Position numbers and translations under genes: made by a program. 64,000 bases of DNA, taken from positions 53,072,001 to 53,136,000 of the forward strand of contig NW_027266297.1 in the NCBI RefSeq assembly GCF_022045235.1, given 5' to 3'. Source of the stretch: Haliotis cracherodii. Lineage: Eukaryota. Below the pieces are notes generated by a model that worked only from the letters and a program-made list of their open reading frames with translations, was not told the origin of the DNA and searched no databases. Shown here piece by piece: positions 37,435 to 51,136 of this stretch; position 1 is the first letter of the stretch, and each line of letters starts with the position of its first letter.

Positions 37435-40400
37435 TAGTAGTGGTTTATTTCAGTAAATCAGGCCACAGGCCCATTTTACAATATATATTCAAGCATTCAA
37501 ACATGTTGCGCCACAAGTGCATGTAGTAATATCAATACTAATCAGAACAAGGGTATCTGAGACCATATACATATGGTGGTAGAATTAGTAGTTTATATAA
37601 TGGACAACTGGTTGCTCCTCATTTTAAGAGCAAAGAATGTAAACTTGGCAAGATTATTCATTGTGAAAGCATTACTGGTGGTAAATAAAGCTTTACATTT
37701 ATGCCTTGATGGAGATATATAATAATAACTTGGCAGAAAGTTTCTTCTAAGATCGTCATAAAACGGACAAACTAAACAAACAAGGTATTCTGTTTCTACA
37801 CTTGGAATGATACAAAATGGACAAAGTCTTTCACATTTTGGAATACCTAACTTTCTACCCTGTGGTACCATAAGATCACTGCTCGACGTGCGAAACTGTG
37901 AGAGAGTAATCCTAAATGCAGCAATATTCACAACACTTAAATAATTTTCATATTCGTTTGATAGCATAATTGTTTTATACAAATATAATGAAGATAATTT
38001 GTCAAAAGATTCAGAGAGACACTGGTTATCAATATGAATACATCTTGTTCTAAAAGCGGATATAAATGAATGAATACAAGAAACTGATTGTCTATTCCAA
38101 ATTTCACCATATCCAAAGGAAAATAACAGATTTTTAACTTTCAGTGCCCAGCAATCTAGACCCTTTTCTGCCCGGTCATACCGGTACACATACGTGTGAT
38201 ATAATATACTGTTTTCGTTCTGAGTTAATAAACGCAGCCAGTACTTAATAATTTTCAGATGTTGGTTTACTTTTAACGAGTATCTCCCAAATTCAGCTCT
38301 TGCTACAATATTAGGAACAGTTCTTCTCAGTTTCGAAATAAGCTTGCAGAATTTATCATGAACATTTACAATATCTTTAGAGGGATGAAATCCACTTATC
38401 TCTGAGCCATATAATAATATGGGCAGTACTTTAACATCAAAAATACGAAGTAACATTTTCAGGGGAAGTTTTTGAAAATTGTACATATGTGATTGTAACA
38501 ATAATATTACCTCCCATGCTTGTTGGGATAATATCTTTTGAGTTTTATACCAGGAACCCGAGCTAGAAAAATGTACTCCAAGATATTTATAACTGGGGAC
38601 TGTCTCAAGAGGGCTGCCATTAAGAAAAAACTTTTCATAGCTTTTAAGCCTTCCTGCCTTACGAAAAATAATGATTTTACTCTTGGTGGAATTAACTCTT
38701 AATTGCCACTTATTGCAATAATCCACCAACTTATCTAAACGTTTTTGTAACCCGAGAACAGTGCTATCAAATAGGATAATGTCATCTGCAAATAAGAGTA
38801 TGAAGAGATCCAGCAAGTCTAAATTAACACAGTATTGCTTATCCACACTCAAAAACTGTACTATATCATTTATAAAAAATGAAAATAGGAAAGGTGACAA
38901 CTGGCAACCTTGTCGTACACCAAAAGGACAGTCAAAGAAGGGAGTACATCTATTGTTAACCAAAACACATGACTTCACATTTTGATACATATTATTCAAA
39001 AGTTTGTAAACATTCCTCATCGAACCAGTCACAATGTTTTTGTCCAGTTCTAGCTCCGTTACACGGTTTTCTAAATTTAACACAACAATTTTCAAGAGTG
39101 TTCTGAAAACAGTTAAAAGCATTATCTACATCATTGTCAATGATTTGATTGTGGAAATTCTTCTTAGTAGAATCCTTGAGATTATTCCATGAATTTACGT
39201 ATTCACTGTAAAAACGATCAGACCAAACATACCTCTGACTCTCAATGAGATTTTCACGGTAACAGTCAGGCATACTGTTTAAAGCTAATGAGTAGGTTAT
39301 AGGTAAATCAGTACATTCAACTTCAGCTGACACATCAAACTTTGTAATAAGCTGAAAAAGATTTGGGTTACACAACACATAATCGACAACACTCTGGCCT
39401 TCATTGGCAAAACAAGTTATTTTACCAACATTGCTATCTGAGCACAATCGACCATTACAAATCCGGAGTCCTGTTCAATGACCGAAGTTTAACAATGAGA
39501 GTCCAAGTTTATTGACAACACTGTCTTGAGATCTGCGTGGTAGGTTATTGTCTTGAATATAATCCATTTCATAATCGATGGGCAGGTAGGTAATATCATG
39601 GTTTTCAATAAAATCTGGGCGTGTACCATCACCGGTGCGAGCATTGAAATCACCATGAATAACTATCTCACAGTTTGGAAAGTCTGATTTTAAGCTCAAA
39701 ATATCGCTTTCCAAAATATCAAATAAATCCTCCTCGGAGTGTAGACTAGACCCCTCCCGAGAGAAATACACAGTGCAGATGCAGATAAATAAAAGCGTTT
39801 GTCCTTCGTTATACTTTATCCACAGAGTGTTGCTGGATGTTGATTTAAGTCGAGTGACTTGCGTCTTACTGTCTTTAACAAGAGTGAGTATACCTCCCGA
39901 GTTTCGTATTGCCCCTTCGGGTTTTTTTCTCAATTGGCTAAACTGTTGATATCCAGGAAAGCTGAAGACATCATGATAGTTCGCCCATGTCTCCACAAGA
40001 GATATGATATGAAATCTGTTAATAAAGTCCATTATACAATTATTAGTCATTTTTCTTTTCAATCCTCCAACATTCCAAATAACTATGTCAATAGCACCAG
40101 GGCTTTGTTTACAGCCTTGGCCACACCCTAGCTCTCAGTGTTTGTGTAGTTAGAACGAGGTTTCCATGGTAACATTTTCATTGCATAGAGTTCACTTTCA
40201 TTTCATTTTCATTTTCAATTTATACAGTTTATTGTCAATTTGAATTTTGTCAAAAAGTAAGGTTGCATATTTACCATCTTTCCGTGCTTTGTCCTGGAAT
40301 GGTTTTAACTTCCGTCTGATTTGTCGAATCCTCTCCGTGAAATCCTGCGAGATGTTTACATCCTGGTTCCGCAGTTTAGAAGTTGATCTCAGAATACGTG

Positions 40401-41190
40401 CCTTGGTTTGATGACACCAGTACCGGACGATTACCGCGGGACTTTGTAGACATGCGTCGAGCACTGTATATATCAACTGATTCCTCGATTCCAAGAACAT
40501 CATGGATTACTTCACGCACTTTTTCTTCAGTGGTACCCGTGGCCTCGTTACGTTCGTCAAGAACATTGTGAAAGATCAGATTATTCATCCTCACTTTATT
40601 TTCCATGAAATCAATCTTCTCATTCAGTTGTTCCGTAGTCTTTCTAAGTTCCACATTTTCTTCTGAAAGTCGAGATACATCTTCTTCTAAGGCTTTCATT
40701 TTTTCTGTTAAGTCCTTAAAAGTTTTTTTATTTATATCTTTTCGTAAGTCTTGTATTTCTCTGCACATATCTGACTGTAAATTTCTGATCAAATCTGCAA
40801 TATTTTCGTCTACCTTTTTCACGTTGTCCAGTGTGCTTTGACGTGTACACGGAGTTTTCGGTGGGCCCGGGTTTTTCTCTACATCGCCGCTGACCAAGAT
40901 TAGAAGTAACCAAGTAAAGCGACAGAGTTTCAATCCTGTCCTCGCGCCTCCAAGCATGCATCGCACGTGCGTTAACATGGCGTACCGTCGTCTGGTTCGC
41001 TTCAACATGAACGACACATAAGTTGCCACAGAACAACCTATTCTAGCCCTGGTAACGTTCAAATCACACGTCATTGCTTACTTCTTTCGTTTGGAGGCTT
41101 CATGAAAAACTTTCCACCACTTGAGAATCACAGATAAGCTTCTAATTTCACAGATTTCCGGAGCTCTCCGAGCATGCGACTTCGTCTAGA
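37435..41190 (-). mobile_element. Near full-length APE-type LINE (RTEX-like, clade uncertain), frameshifted, with a 2A motif in ORF1
   Basis: ORF1 (~40130-41074) has a coiled coil, L1-ORF1-like domain and GDVEKNPGP. ORF2 has APE (LVETW, GDFNAR, SVVDY), RT (GVRQGCQLSP, LFADD, YKYLG) and a C-terminal CxxC..CP knuckle. AATAAA and a short (act) tail at ~37440. Confidence 0.93.
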
Positions 41191-42109
41191 TACCCGCTAG
41201 GTATTTCTGTTGATCAATTCCAAAAAATATGATTTTTCATACAGAGGCTCCAGATTGTCAGTACACATGCACACGGCACACTATTTCCATCATCACTTAA
41301 CCTATACATCCAAGTGACAAGATACTTTGGTGTCATGAGCATATGTTTATCAATCACCATCAGATAGTGATCATACCAGGTGTTAGCGAAAAGATGAGTA
41401 TATCATGCTTCATCGACGTCAACCACCACAAATACATGCAAAGACAAATCAACTGTTCACGTAAAAACACGTGAACATATGGTACAACAGGAAATTGAAT
41501 CATACGTAATGTTCGTCGGTGCTGCATTTTGAAAAAATAAGGCCTTGAATGTTGTAACCCTGATCAAACAACTTTTGAGCAAAATTCGTATGACGATCTC
41601 TGAAATCTTCGTAGAAACAGCATGCTCGATTACACCTCAAAGTTGTCAAATCATTATGAAGACATTATGCTGGAGCGGCTTGAATATTGCTCGACATAAA
41701 GGGAAAGTTGACTGTTGGAAAGATGAAGTCATCCCTCATTATCTTGAGGATAGCTTTTTGTCACTCTGAATCTAAATATTAAGCTTGGATTTAAATATGT
41801 AGTAGATGAGGCGTTTCACTTTTATTTCAAGCTCAGTATGATAAATCAGTGGAAGGTAAGTTTGGCCATATTCTTTTGTTCTGATTTTGCCAGTCCCAAC
41901 CATATGCCTAAAGCAACAGAGCAGCAAGGAGGGTAGTACACTTGGATCCCATGTGGATGTAAGCTGGCTTGAATGTCTTGCCGAACTAGGCTGGAATTAT
42001 GGAGTTATATTTGGCTAGACTGACGAATTTAAATCAAAATCGCGCACCGAACTTGACAGGATTAAAAGAAAGTACTATAAGTGAGTAAAAGGAATAAAAA
42101 GACATCAGC

Positions 42110-42561
42110 ATAGGCACAACCAGTACCCCTACCCCAAGTCCGCATGTCCTCCCGTATAGGTCCTCCATGCGCATACTTACATACATACTCCCTCCTCCCA
42201 CTACACCCGCCAGTCTCCGCTATACCTAACATCCGTCGCACTATAACTACATCCATTCTCATGTATACGTACTCGTGCTTACACTTACACATACCACTAT
42301 CGCCATATCACCACATCCATATCACCACATCCATATCACCACATCCATCTCACCACGTCTGCATCAGATCCATGTATCCGTGATCATGCTTCCACCCACC
42401 CCCAAACATTCACCACACACCATTACTATATCCGTCCTCATGTATCCGTACTCATCATTACATACACACACCCCTCTCACTATACTTCTACATCCACCCC
42501 ACCATTCCCCAACATCCATCGAACTATAATCATATCCGCCTTTATGTATCCGTACTCGTGC

Positions 42562-42592
<31 letters not shown>

Positions 42593-42690
42593 CATACATA
42601 CATACATACATACATACATACACCCTCCTACCATTCCCTACATCTATCGTATTATAACTATAACCGCCTTCATGTTTCCGTACTCATACT
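42110..42690. repeat. Degenerate C/A-rich tandem repeat with (TACA)n microsatellite
   Basis: Recurring catgtatccgtactc; (taca)n at ~42563-42622. Confidence 0.75.
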
Positions 42691-44500
42691 AACAAAGTAC
42701 TGTGTGCATCCAATAACACGTTTCGAATATCGTAAATATTTTACCATATGTACATATTACAGATTATTGTAACACAATAGATTTCCTCCGTCTAAATCAG
42801 AACGCATTTAGAAATTCATCTGGTCAGCATGTCAAAAAGACCAGAGCTTGCTATAAAATGTACTTCATCCTCAGTAGTTTGATCCTTACGGTATTTGCAT
42901 ACGCGATTTTCTAAAGGTGGTACGGGTCTAGTAAACCTACCAACCTCAACTTCTAATGGCAAAGTCCCACATCTGAATTAAGCCATTATGCCACGTTTTG
43001 ATCTACACATGATAGTGCGAACGTGGGGCTCCACACAATAGAGAGTAGTTTTAAACTGCTTGTATGTCCTAAGTTTATTACCGTTTACTAAGCCTCTGTC
43101 ATCACTAAGACCCCTTTTGTGATCAATCTTAACTAGTTTTTCTTTAATATCAGGAAACGATCAATAGTGTATAATATCATATGGTATTTGTAGAATGTTT
43201 AACAATTTGATAACACCATTCTCCCTAGATTTACATTATCTTTAAAAATAAGGAGCAAGTTTTTATAGAACTGATGATATGACAAGGCGAAACAGAATAT
43301 ACTCTCCTCCAAAAGACGATTTTAGTCTTTCCATTAATGCTCAAACGCCTTTCTTTGCATCAGTTATCTGCACAATAAAGCATACGCTGAAGAGAGTCTT
43401 CATCTGCAGCGATCAGTGCAATGTCATCGGCATATAACAGCATACTCAGCATAGATCCATCAATATTGATACGTGAAGTTTTGTGAACAAATGCGGCCGT
43501 TTGATATAGAGAGGTTGCAGTTCACCCAAAAGTCAATTAATACATGACCATATGCATTTTCGTTACAGATAACTTCTCTCTGTGTTACTGTGTCTACACT
43601 CCTATGTAATCCTTTTCTGAGCCAATTCGAGAATTAAAATCACCATGGATACTAACAGAACCTGAGTTTTGGTATAAGTAGAGCTGTTCTGGAAGCACTT
43701 AAGTACAAAATCTGGATCTACGCACGATGCTACCCTGAACCAACTCATGCCATCTGTTTCATTGTCTAAAACGTCAACATTAAATTTCCTTTAAAACATT
43801 TTTAAAAAAAAAAGCATCCACCAAACCCCACCCGACCCGCGTTTCGCACAAACCGAATATGTCGCATTCCGCTGTGACCATCCACCTGCATTTCAGTATC
43901 CAAGCCGCACTGACCCTTATTCCTTGGTTGCTATGAGACGTTTTCCGTGGAAACGCAACTTTTTACCATGTACAAGTTCGTTATTTATTGTTTCCATATT
44001 CCATCTTGACGTCAAGTCCTCACTTGAGAGTGTGTCATCCAATTACACCCTTGAATAGCCTTTCTGGCTTGCAGATTTTTCTTATTCAGCATCATCTTTG
44101 TCTTGTGTTCGACTGCCTCTAGTGTCACCAAACCAATCCCTGGTTTATTATCCTCACGTGTCAGTCGCTATGCACTTGCCGCCCGCACATTGGCAAATAT
44201 CAAGCCGTCTCGAAATGGTTTGTTGCCAACTTGGATTGGGACCTTTTTATCGTTGGATTCTCGATACTCCCATCTAAGTCACTATCACTTGTCTTTTTCA
44301 CAGCTGTTAATATTCACCTGGCTTGTAACAGCCTCCAGCCTCTGTATGATTGTCAGCTGATATTGTATGGGAATGTTCTCCTTTCTCATGTTTGCAGTTT
44401 CTTGTTTCAACACTGCTGTTAAAGTTCTTTAGTAACTTTGGCCTTATTTTCTGCTAATTTGTCATCTCACTAGGGCCCCTCTTCAATTTTAAAATGGAGT
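42690..44500 (-). mobile_element. Old, heavily deleted LINE remnant (ORF1, APE and RT fragments)
   Basis: LSMLLYADDIAL at ~43410-43450; FRCGTLPLEVEVGRF near 42950; ORF1-like KPGIGLVTLEAVEHKTK near 44120. Confidence 0.75.
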
Positions 44501-44539
44501 TATTTGTTTCTGTCGATATAACATATTTTCAGAGACTAG

Positions 44540-46378
44540 GCGTTAGTCAAAATAGACATTACCACTTTGGAATTGGACACCAATTTTCTCCAATCGTATT
44601 GGCAATGTTAGTTTTCTCCGTTAATAACCTGTCACCTTCCTTAAGATGGTGAACAGATGATTTTGAACCCTTGCCTTTTATTTTTTGTACCATATTCGAC
44701 ACCTTGGATATGGGTGTGCGGGAATTAGTTTAGGAGACGTAGTTCCTCCAAGACTGACGCTTATGTTGTTTAAAAGCACGTCGTGCTTTGGCATTTGTAA
44801 TTTTAACCTTATCTAAATTAAGCACTGTAGGATGTCGGCGGAAATATTTTCCCGCTTTCTTTCTACATTTCCGTGCCTGTTTGCAGTCATTATTAAACCA
44901 TGGTTTACGAATATGTTGATTTGCAGAGGACTTTGGAATTGTTTCATCAGCAGTGTCATTTAGCAGGTCTGAAAACAACTGTATCGGATCTTGAACATGT
45001 TGAAAAATGTCAGGTTTTAATTTTCCGGTACATATTAATTCATATAATGGCCAATCAGCCTTTGTAAAATTCCACCTAGTTGATGGTGGATCGTTAGTAG
45101 GGTTAACAGTTTTAAGAATAGTCGGGAAGTGATCACTCTCACAGAGGTCATCATGAACTGACCATTCAAATTCGTTGTAAAGGTTTGAATCAGTGATCGA
45201 AAGATCAAGTGCTGAATACGTTCCTGTGGCAGGATGTAAACAAGTGTTGGAATCATCATTAAATATACATAAATTATTGTCAGAAATAAAATCTTCAAAG
45301 ATTTTCCCCTTCCCGGTAGAGGGTTATGCCCGTTCAAATCGCCCATGATGATGCAGGGCTTAGGGAGTTGATCATATAGGGATTGAAGATCCGATCTCTG
45401 AAGCAAACAGGAAGGAGAAATATACAGAGAACACAGGGTAAATGTAATGTGCAAAGTCAGTCGCACTGCAACAGCCTGAAGATTGGTATGAAGTGAAACA
45501 GGGCTGTGGATCACTCCCTGCTTCACCAAAACAGTAGATCCTCCAGTAGCTTTAGCACCTGGAGGAGAAAATGAATGGTAGGAACTATACCGACGCAAAT
45601 CAAAGTTGTCAGTCTCTTTGAGATATGTCTCCTGGACACAGATTGCTGATGGCGTAAAAATCTCGGATTACTAAATGTAATTCATTAAAATTGGTCCTGA
45701 GACCTCTGCAATTCCACTGAATAAGTTGATTCATGACGTTCAAGTTATAGGTGGATGCACAGGAGATCACCCCCATCTCTCCAAGGTTTCAAAGCGATTA
45801 TAAATCTGTATTGGGTCGCGGTGACCCTTTGGCACACAATCTGAATTTTTTGAGTAATCAATTTTCTTGCTGGCCTTTTCGACAACAGGGGAAGGTGTTG
45901 GAGTTGTTGCAGTCGCCATTTATGGTTTTGACACAGGCGCTGATTGTGGAGCATCATTTGTTTGGAAAGAAGTACTTGACCGTAATACGGAATACTTTTC
46001 TCCTGAAATCCAAGTAATATCTGTCCGGCAATGGACAGACGTGACAGATCTAGAAGATGTGCGAGTCACAGCTGCCGAGAATGATACAGCTGTGGTCGCC
46101 GAGGCAGATTGTAGAACCAAACGTTTCGCTTTAGGAAAGGTAATGTTTCTCTCATGTTTCAGCTTAACGATCTGAAGCTGAAGTTTGCACATGGGGCATG
46201 ACTTTGAAGAGGCTACATGATCGCCAGAACAATTTGCACAGTGGGGGCTTTTGGTACATTTGTCATCTGTGTTGTGGTCATTTTCTCCACATTTATGGCA
46301 TAGTTTCCGATTTTTGCCTGATTGTGCAACATGCCTAAACTACTGACATTTGTAACATTGAAGAGGGTTGGGAATATT
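44540..46378 (-). mobile_element. I-group (I/Nimb-like) LINE fragment: ORF1 zinc knuckles and ORF2 endonuclease
   Basis: PNPLQCYKCQ..H CCHC knuckles; IQWNCRGL, CVQET, GDLNGHNPL, SDHFP-like, KPWFN; ends before the RT. Confidence 0.88.
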
Positions 46379-46384
46379 AAGAAA

Positions 46385-46820
46385 TATTTCAATAACACTA
46401 TAAAATAGTTGAATTAAGATAAAATGAGTTAAATTATGTGACATGAAGCTTCTCAGAACACCTTTATTTATTTTCGACACTGACACACGAGTTTTGATGA
46501 AAGGAAAATATTTTCGCCCATGGGTCTGCCCAGGGACCAAGCCTTTCTCGCGCACTTGGCGAAATATTTCACTTACGCCATAAAACGGTTGAATTAAGTT
46601 AAAATGAGTTAAATTATGTGACATGAAACTCCTAAGAACACCTTTATGTATTTGCGTAACAAAAACATATGAGTTTTGAGGAAACTATTCTCGCTCTAAA
46701 AGAGTTGAATTAAGTTAAAATGAGTTAAATCTTGTGCTGTGATACTTGAAGGAATACATTTATATGTATTTGCGAAGCAAAAACATGAGTTTTGAGTAAA
46801 GGAAAATATTCTCGCCCGGA
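46385..46820. repeat. Spaced direct repeats (3 main copies), possible transposon subterminal region
   Basis: gttgaattaagWtaaaatgagttaaat at ~46408, 46587 and 46704, with shared gagttttga..aaaggaaaatatt segments. Confidence 0.8.
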
Positions 46821-48196
46821 ACAGCATGTTTAATTTTGTAAATACCTTGATCGAGACTGGGCAAAGACCGTAGAGTTTCTGGACAAATGGGTTTCCAGAA
46901 TTAAAATGGGACGTTTCTTTCTAGCACACGTGACAATTATGTCCATGATGACCATGGTTCTTTAAACATATCTATGGAGTTAGAAAGCAATGATCAATCA
47001 ATCAATCATCGGCTCCTCCTTTGAACCAGTATGTTGTTTTTAAATTGGCACTTCACGCCATAATATAAGTGTATTCCGTCTGCTTTAGTAAACCTACACA
47101 TGTAAACACTTACTTTTGACAAACCCACTGTGCAAGATAACAGTGATTAATGAATGAACGAATTTTCTGTAAATCACTGATCACTCCTTTTGCTGGTCTG
47201 CCACGTGCATATTACATAACATATATTTCACCTCACTTCAAACCTGGATTCAGATAAAATAATTACCCCAGACAGAAGACATGCCAAAAGGGAACCTTTG
47301 TCAGGTAATCTGAGTGATGCTACCACTAACTGTACCTGTAATAAAAGTTCATTAACTGAGTTTCAAGACACAGGTGTAGGGTTACACCAGGAAACATAAG
47401 AGATAGCAATCATATTATCCGCGCAAATTTTTGGATGTTAGGCCGGGGTCCAAACATGAAAAAAACCCATGGGTTTCCAATTAGCATCTTATTGGCTACT
47501 TCTCTGCTGGGAAGATCTTATCTGCCTGTGACAGACAGGACTGTAACGGCTATTGGAGCCAGGCAGGGTCAAAGGTGAAGCATGGAATTTACCACAAAAG
47601 TAAACACAAGTGGTTCATAGTAAATTTTGAAATGTGAACTTTAGACTAAAATCCAATTTAAAGCATAAAGCATTAATGTTTTCAGTAAAAAGGATAAGGC
47701 TAACACAAGTCTCTGCAACATATCATCTTTTAAATAATTAATACAACACATTAGAGACTATATACACTTATTACATGAAATATCACATGTGTAATACCTA
47801 AGACCATATAATACATAAAACACTAACACATGGATGTGTGGATATAGTATATGACCATACAAAGAAACATTGAAATATTTAATATCCTATTTTATTAATT
47901 TAACTGTTGAAAAGGTCAGTTAATTTCATGTACATGTACTCAATATCTAACATCAATATACAAACATCTCTTCTTTCATATATACTATACATACATTTCC
48001 TCTGTTCAGTTATCAAATGAAATGTGGTAAATTTAAATATCTTGACTTTTCATGTAATGAGGATTAAAAAAATAATTCCTCATATCATTTAATCATTAAG
48101 CTTGTATTCCATATCAGAAAATAAATGTACATTAAACATAAATATTCAAATGTCTGTGTGAAACTTCCTGGGGAAACACCGCTGTGCGTTAAGATA

Positions 48197-48745
48197 TCAT
48201 TCCCACAAATGTCCCATATATGGTTGATCATGTTGGTTAGGTAACCAAGTGCGAACTAAAGTTATTACTCAATGTGGCATCAAATCACGCTTGTGTCTGG
48301 TTCCACTCCATACATAATGTTGGCGGTTAGCTTGCCTCTCCACTGCCAGTCTTTTTCTGTCTAGGTAACGGGCATTCTTCCACACACCTCTATGCATCAA
48401 CATTGTCCAAAATCGTCTATAATGCCCCTTCCTTAGAAATGAATTTTGGACATGTACCGGCATTGTGCCATCCTCACACCACATTTGTTCAATGGGTTGA
48501 TTATGCAAGGTTTACATAAACAATGTGGACACTCTTCCTCATCCGCTCTGTGCTGCACAATGAATTCTTGCTCATCATCATGATCATCATCTGGTGTTGT
48601 TGATATATCAGTAGCTGATGGTACAGCCACGACACTGGGCACCTCTATGATGTCCCAGTCATGGTGGTGAAACAGATGGTAAATAGTCTCTCTGTAAAGG
48701 GGTTACCATCAATGTCAGGGACTGTAGTTCCGATGCTTCTCCCAT
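48197..48745 (-). pseudogene. KolX-like accessory gene of the Kolobok-like element (disrupted)
   Basis: ECPHCLCKPCI ... NSFLRKGHYRRFW ... RDLMPH*VITLVRTWLPN..YMGH, resembling the KolX/P2X7-tail-like motif LPxCV..IR..FP..YxG. Confidence 0.6.
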
Positions 48746-48861
48746 CGTCAATAGTTGTAGATCTATGAATGCATCTTAAAACAATCCTCCACAGAGTACA
48801 ACTGACAATAAATTACAATAGACAGGTGCCATAAGGATGGCAATAATTAAAAGTCTGACAA

Positions 48862-50422
48862 TTAGAACAGATTTCCCACATAACGGCTCCAAATATTTCC
48901 TTGGTAGTGATAGGTGACAGATTTATAATTCTTCTGCCTGGTTCGAGATCTTGGTGCCCCAGAGTTTCTGGCATGCCATTGTGAGGTAGAGTCCCGGTCG
49001 ACATTCTCTTTCCAATGACACACGGCTAACTGAGAACGCATATTATAAATAGTGTCAGAAAATGATAATCTTTTGTCTTGGAAGACATTCATCACATTAT
49101 TAAAACTCTCAACATAAAAGAGGTATCTTTTGCCAAATTGAAATCATCCGGATATTTGTAGACAAGCGAATTTTCAATAACTCTCGTTAATAAATCCACA
49201 GCTTTTTCACTGGTCAAGACAATCCGTGATGCTTCATAATTTTGATCCAATTTACATCTTGAAGACGCATCACAATCGGCATAATTGTTCTTGTAATGTT
49301 CCACAATATTTGATAGTGAAGACCTCAGTTTTGGAACTGTCACCATTACAATTCCGCATTGCAAAATGAAAATGAGGGGTAATTGGTTTAACTTTGTCTG
49401 ACAGCTGCTCATGCCATGTGCTCCCATGTTTGTAGCGAGGCCCAGTGGATACAGCAGTCAACAATTTGGTAACTGATTTCACACCATGCCATAAGTCATT
49501 CTGGTTTGTCGTTGATCCAGTGTCTCGAACAAATTTATTAATTGACAAGTTCTGGTCATGGGTGAGCACATTTATTGGGACATTGGTTTCTTTCAAAAAG
49601 TAAATTCTTTCAGTCCCAGTGCGTTCATGTCTTTGAGATACTGGATCATACTGGTTGTTTGGTGACATGCTCACACACTAATACTTTGTGACTAGCATCT
49701 CCAAATAGCAACAACGCTGCTGTCCTTGGCATTCTTCCGCCAACCATGTTAGGCATCGGACATAATGTTGATACCATCTAAATGTTCACATCCAGCTACT
49801 TCTTCCTATAAGGCTGTGTCACAGGAATCTTCAAACAATGTTCTTGTAAGAATTCAGTTGATCCTTCCTATATCTTCGTGAGAGACTTCCAATACCAGCA
49901 GCTGAACAAAATCTTTTTATACTCGACAGGTATGAGACCACTGCTGTAAAATGCATGCCCAAGCTTCTCATTAACTAGGAATTTGTTGTTGGGAAGATAA
50001 GGTGATGATGCTGAACGGTACTGGTGTGACCCAGAACACCGCACTTTCATCGTGACAATATGTCCTTTGTAGTTGGTCTGCTTCAGAGACAGTTTACTTG
50101 AACATTTACGCCCATGCTGATCTGCTACATCTAGGCACATTTTCATGGATGACTCGGATATGACGAAAAACCTGTCATCAGTGTCCCCAGCTCCTGCTCT
50201 GAGGTGTGTCACGGGTGGATCTTCTGGGACAGTCAGGCAATGGTTTTGGAGGTAGTACGTCAAGACACGATCGAGGACGGCAGCATTATTGGCAGGCATA
50301 TTAGATTCTGCCCGCAAATGTATCTTCACCTGTTTAATCTTTTGAAGAATGCCTCTCTTGACATCATCATTACCAGGTACTTCAATAGTGAAGCGCGCTG
50401 ATCGTCCACTTTGATCCGCCAT
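48862..50422 (-). mobile_element. Kolobok-like DDE transposase pseudogene
   Basis: Joined across frameshifts: IMSDA*HGWRKNAKD, THDQN, NDLWHG, HY..C..C, T..ESFNN..KR..F..Y..R..LA..HW.EN..R. Confidence 0.75.
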
Positions 50423-50501
50423 ATTAGAAGATCACTTTTATCAGTTAGATAATTCAGAAACAAGAGATTTGTTGTCGAAGGCCAGTAGTCAATTGGAAAC
50501 A

Positions 50502-51136
50502 AAATGATAAAGAAGTCAGTGACTAAGACGGGGGCTGGCCAGAGTCCACTTATTTAGAGGTACATAGGGGGGGGGGGGGGGGGGGGGGGGAGGAGATACA
50601 TGGCAAAACAACCATGGTACAGAAAATGGTAATTAGAGTGTGTCTAGAATGATCAGTGGTTGAATGTGGGGGTTAAAGGAAATATTTACATTAAATTTAC
50701 TGACAGATGACCCAATACGAATAACAAATATATCTTGCACAACTGTCTCCACCCCCACTGATATAGAATGAAGGGTCCCCCAAAGTGTGCCATGCTTTCA
50801 TCACAGAGCGGGAGGTCAGTTTCACTCCCAGCTGATGGTGGTGGTGGTGGTGTCAGTTTCACTCCCAGCTGATGGGAGAATGTAATGTGAAACCATGAAT
50901 GAGATTCTACCTTCCATCCAGACAAGTTGCTATGGATACTCACCGCCCTCTGGCTGTCGGACTGACAGGAGGGAAATTCAATTTTAAATCACAAAGTTTA
51001 TATTTCATTTCTAAACTTATTTGACTATCTGTACCGATGGTTTTCACAGTATGTTTTGCCATGTATCTCCTCCCCTACCTCTAAATACGTGGACTCTGGC
51101 AAGCCCCCGTCTTAGTCACTGACTTCTTTATCATTT
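50502..51136. repeat. Long inverted repeat (~110-bp arms, ~400-bp spacer)
   Basis: aaatgataaagaagtcagtgactaagacgggggc..aggagatacatggcaaaaca versus tgttttgccatgtatctcct..gcccccgtcttagtcactgacttctttatcattt. Confidence 0.92.

Noticed and set aside
50567-50590. Poly-G run as a functional G-quadruplex
   Set aside because: Absent from the sister IR arm; most simply a homopolymer expansion or sequencing artefact.
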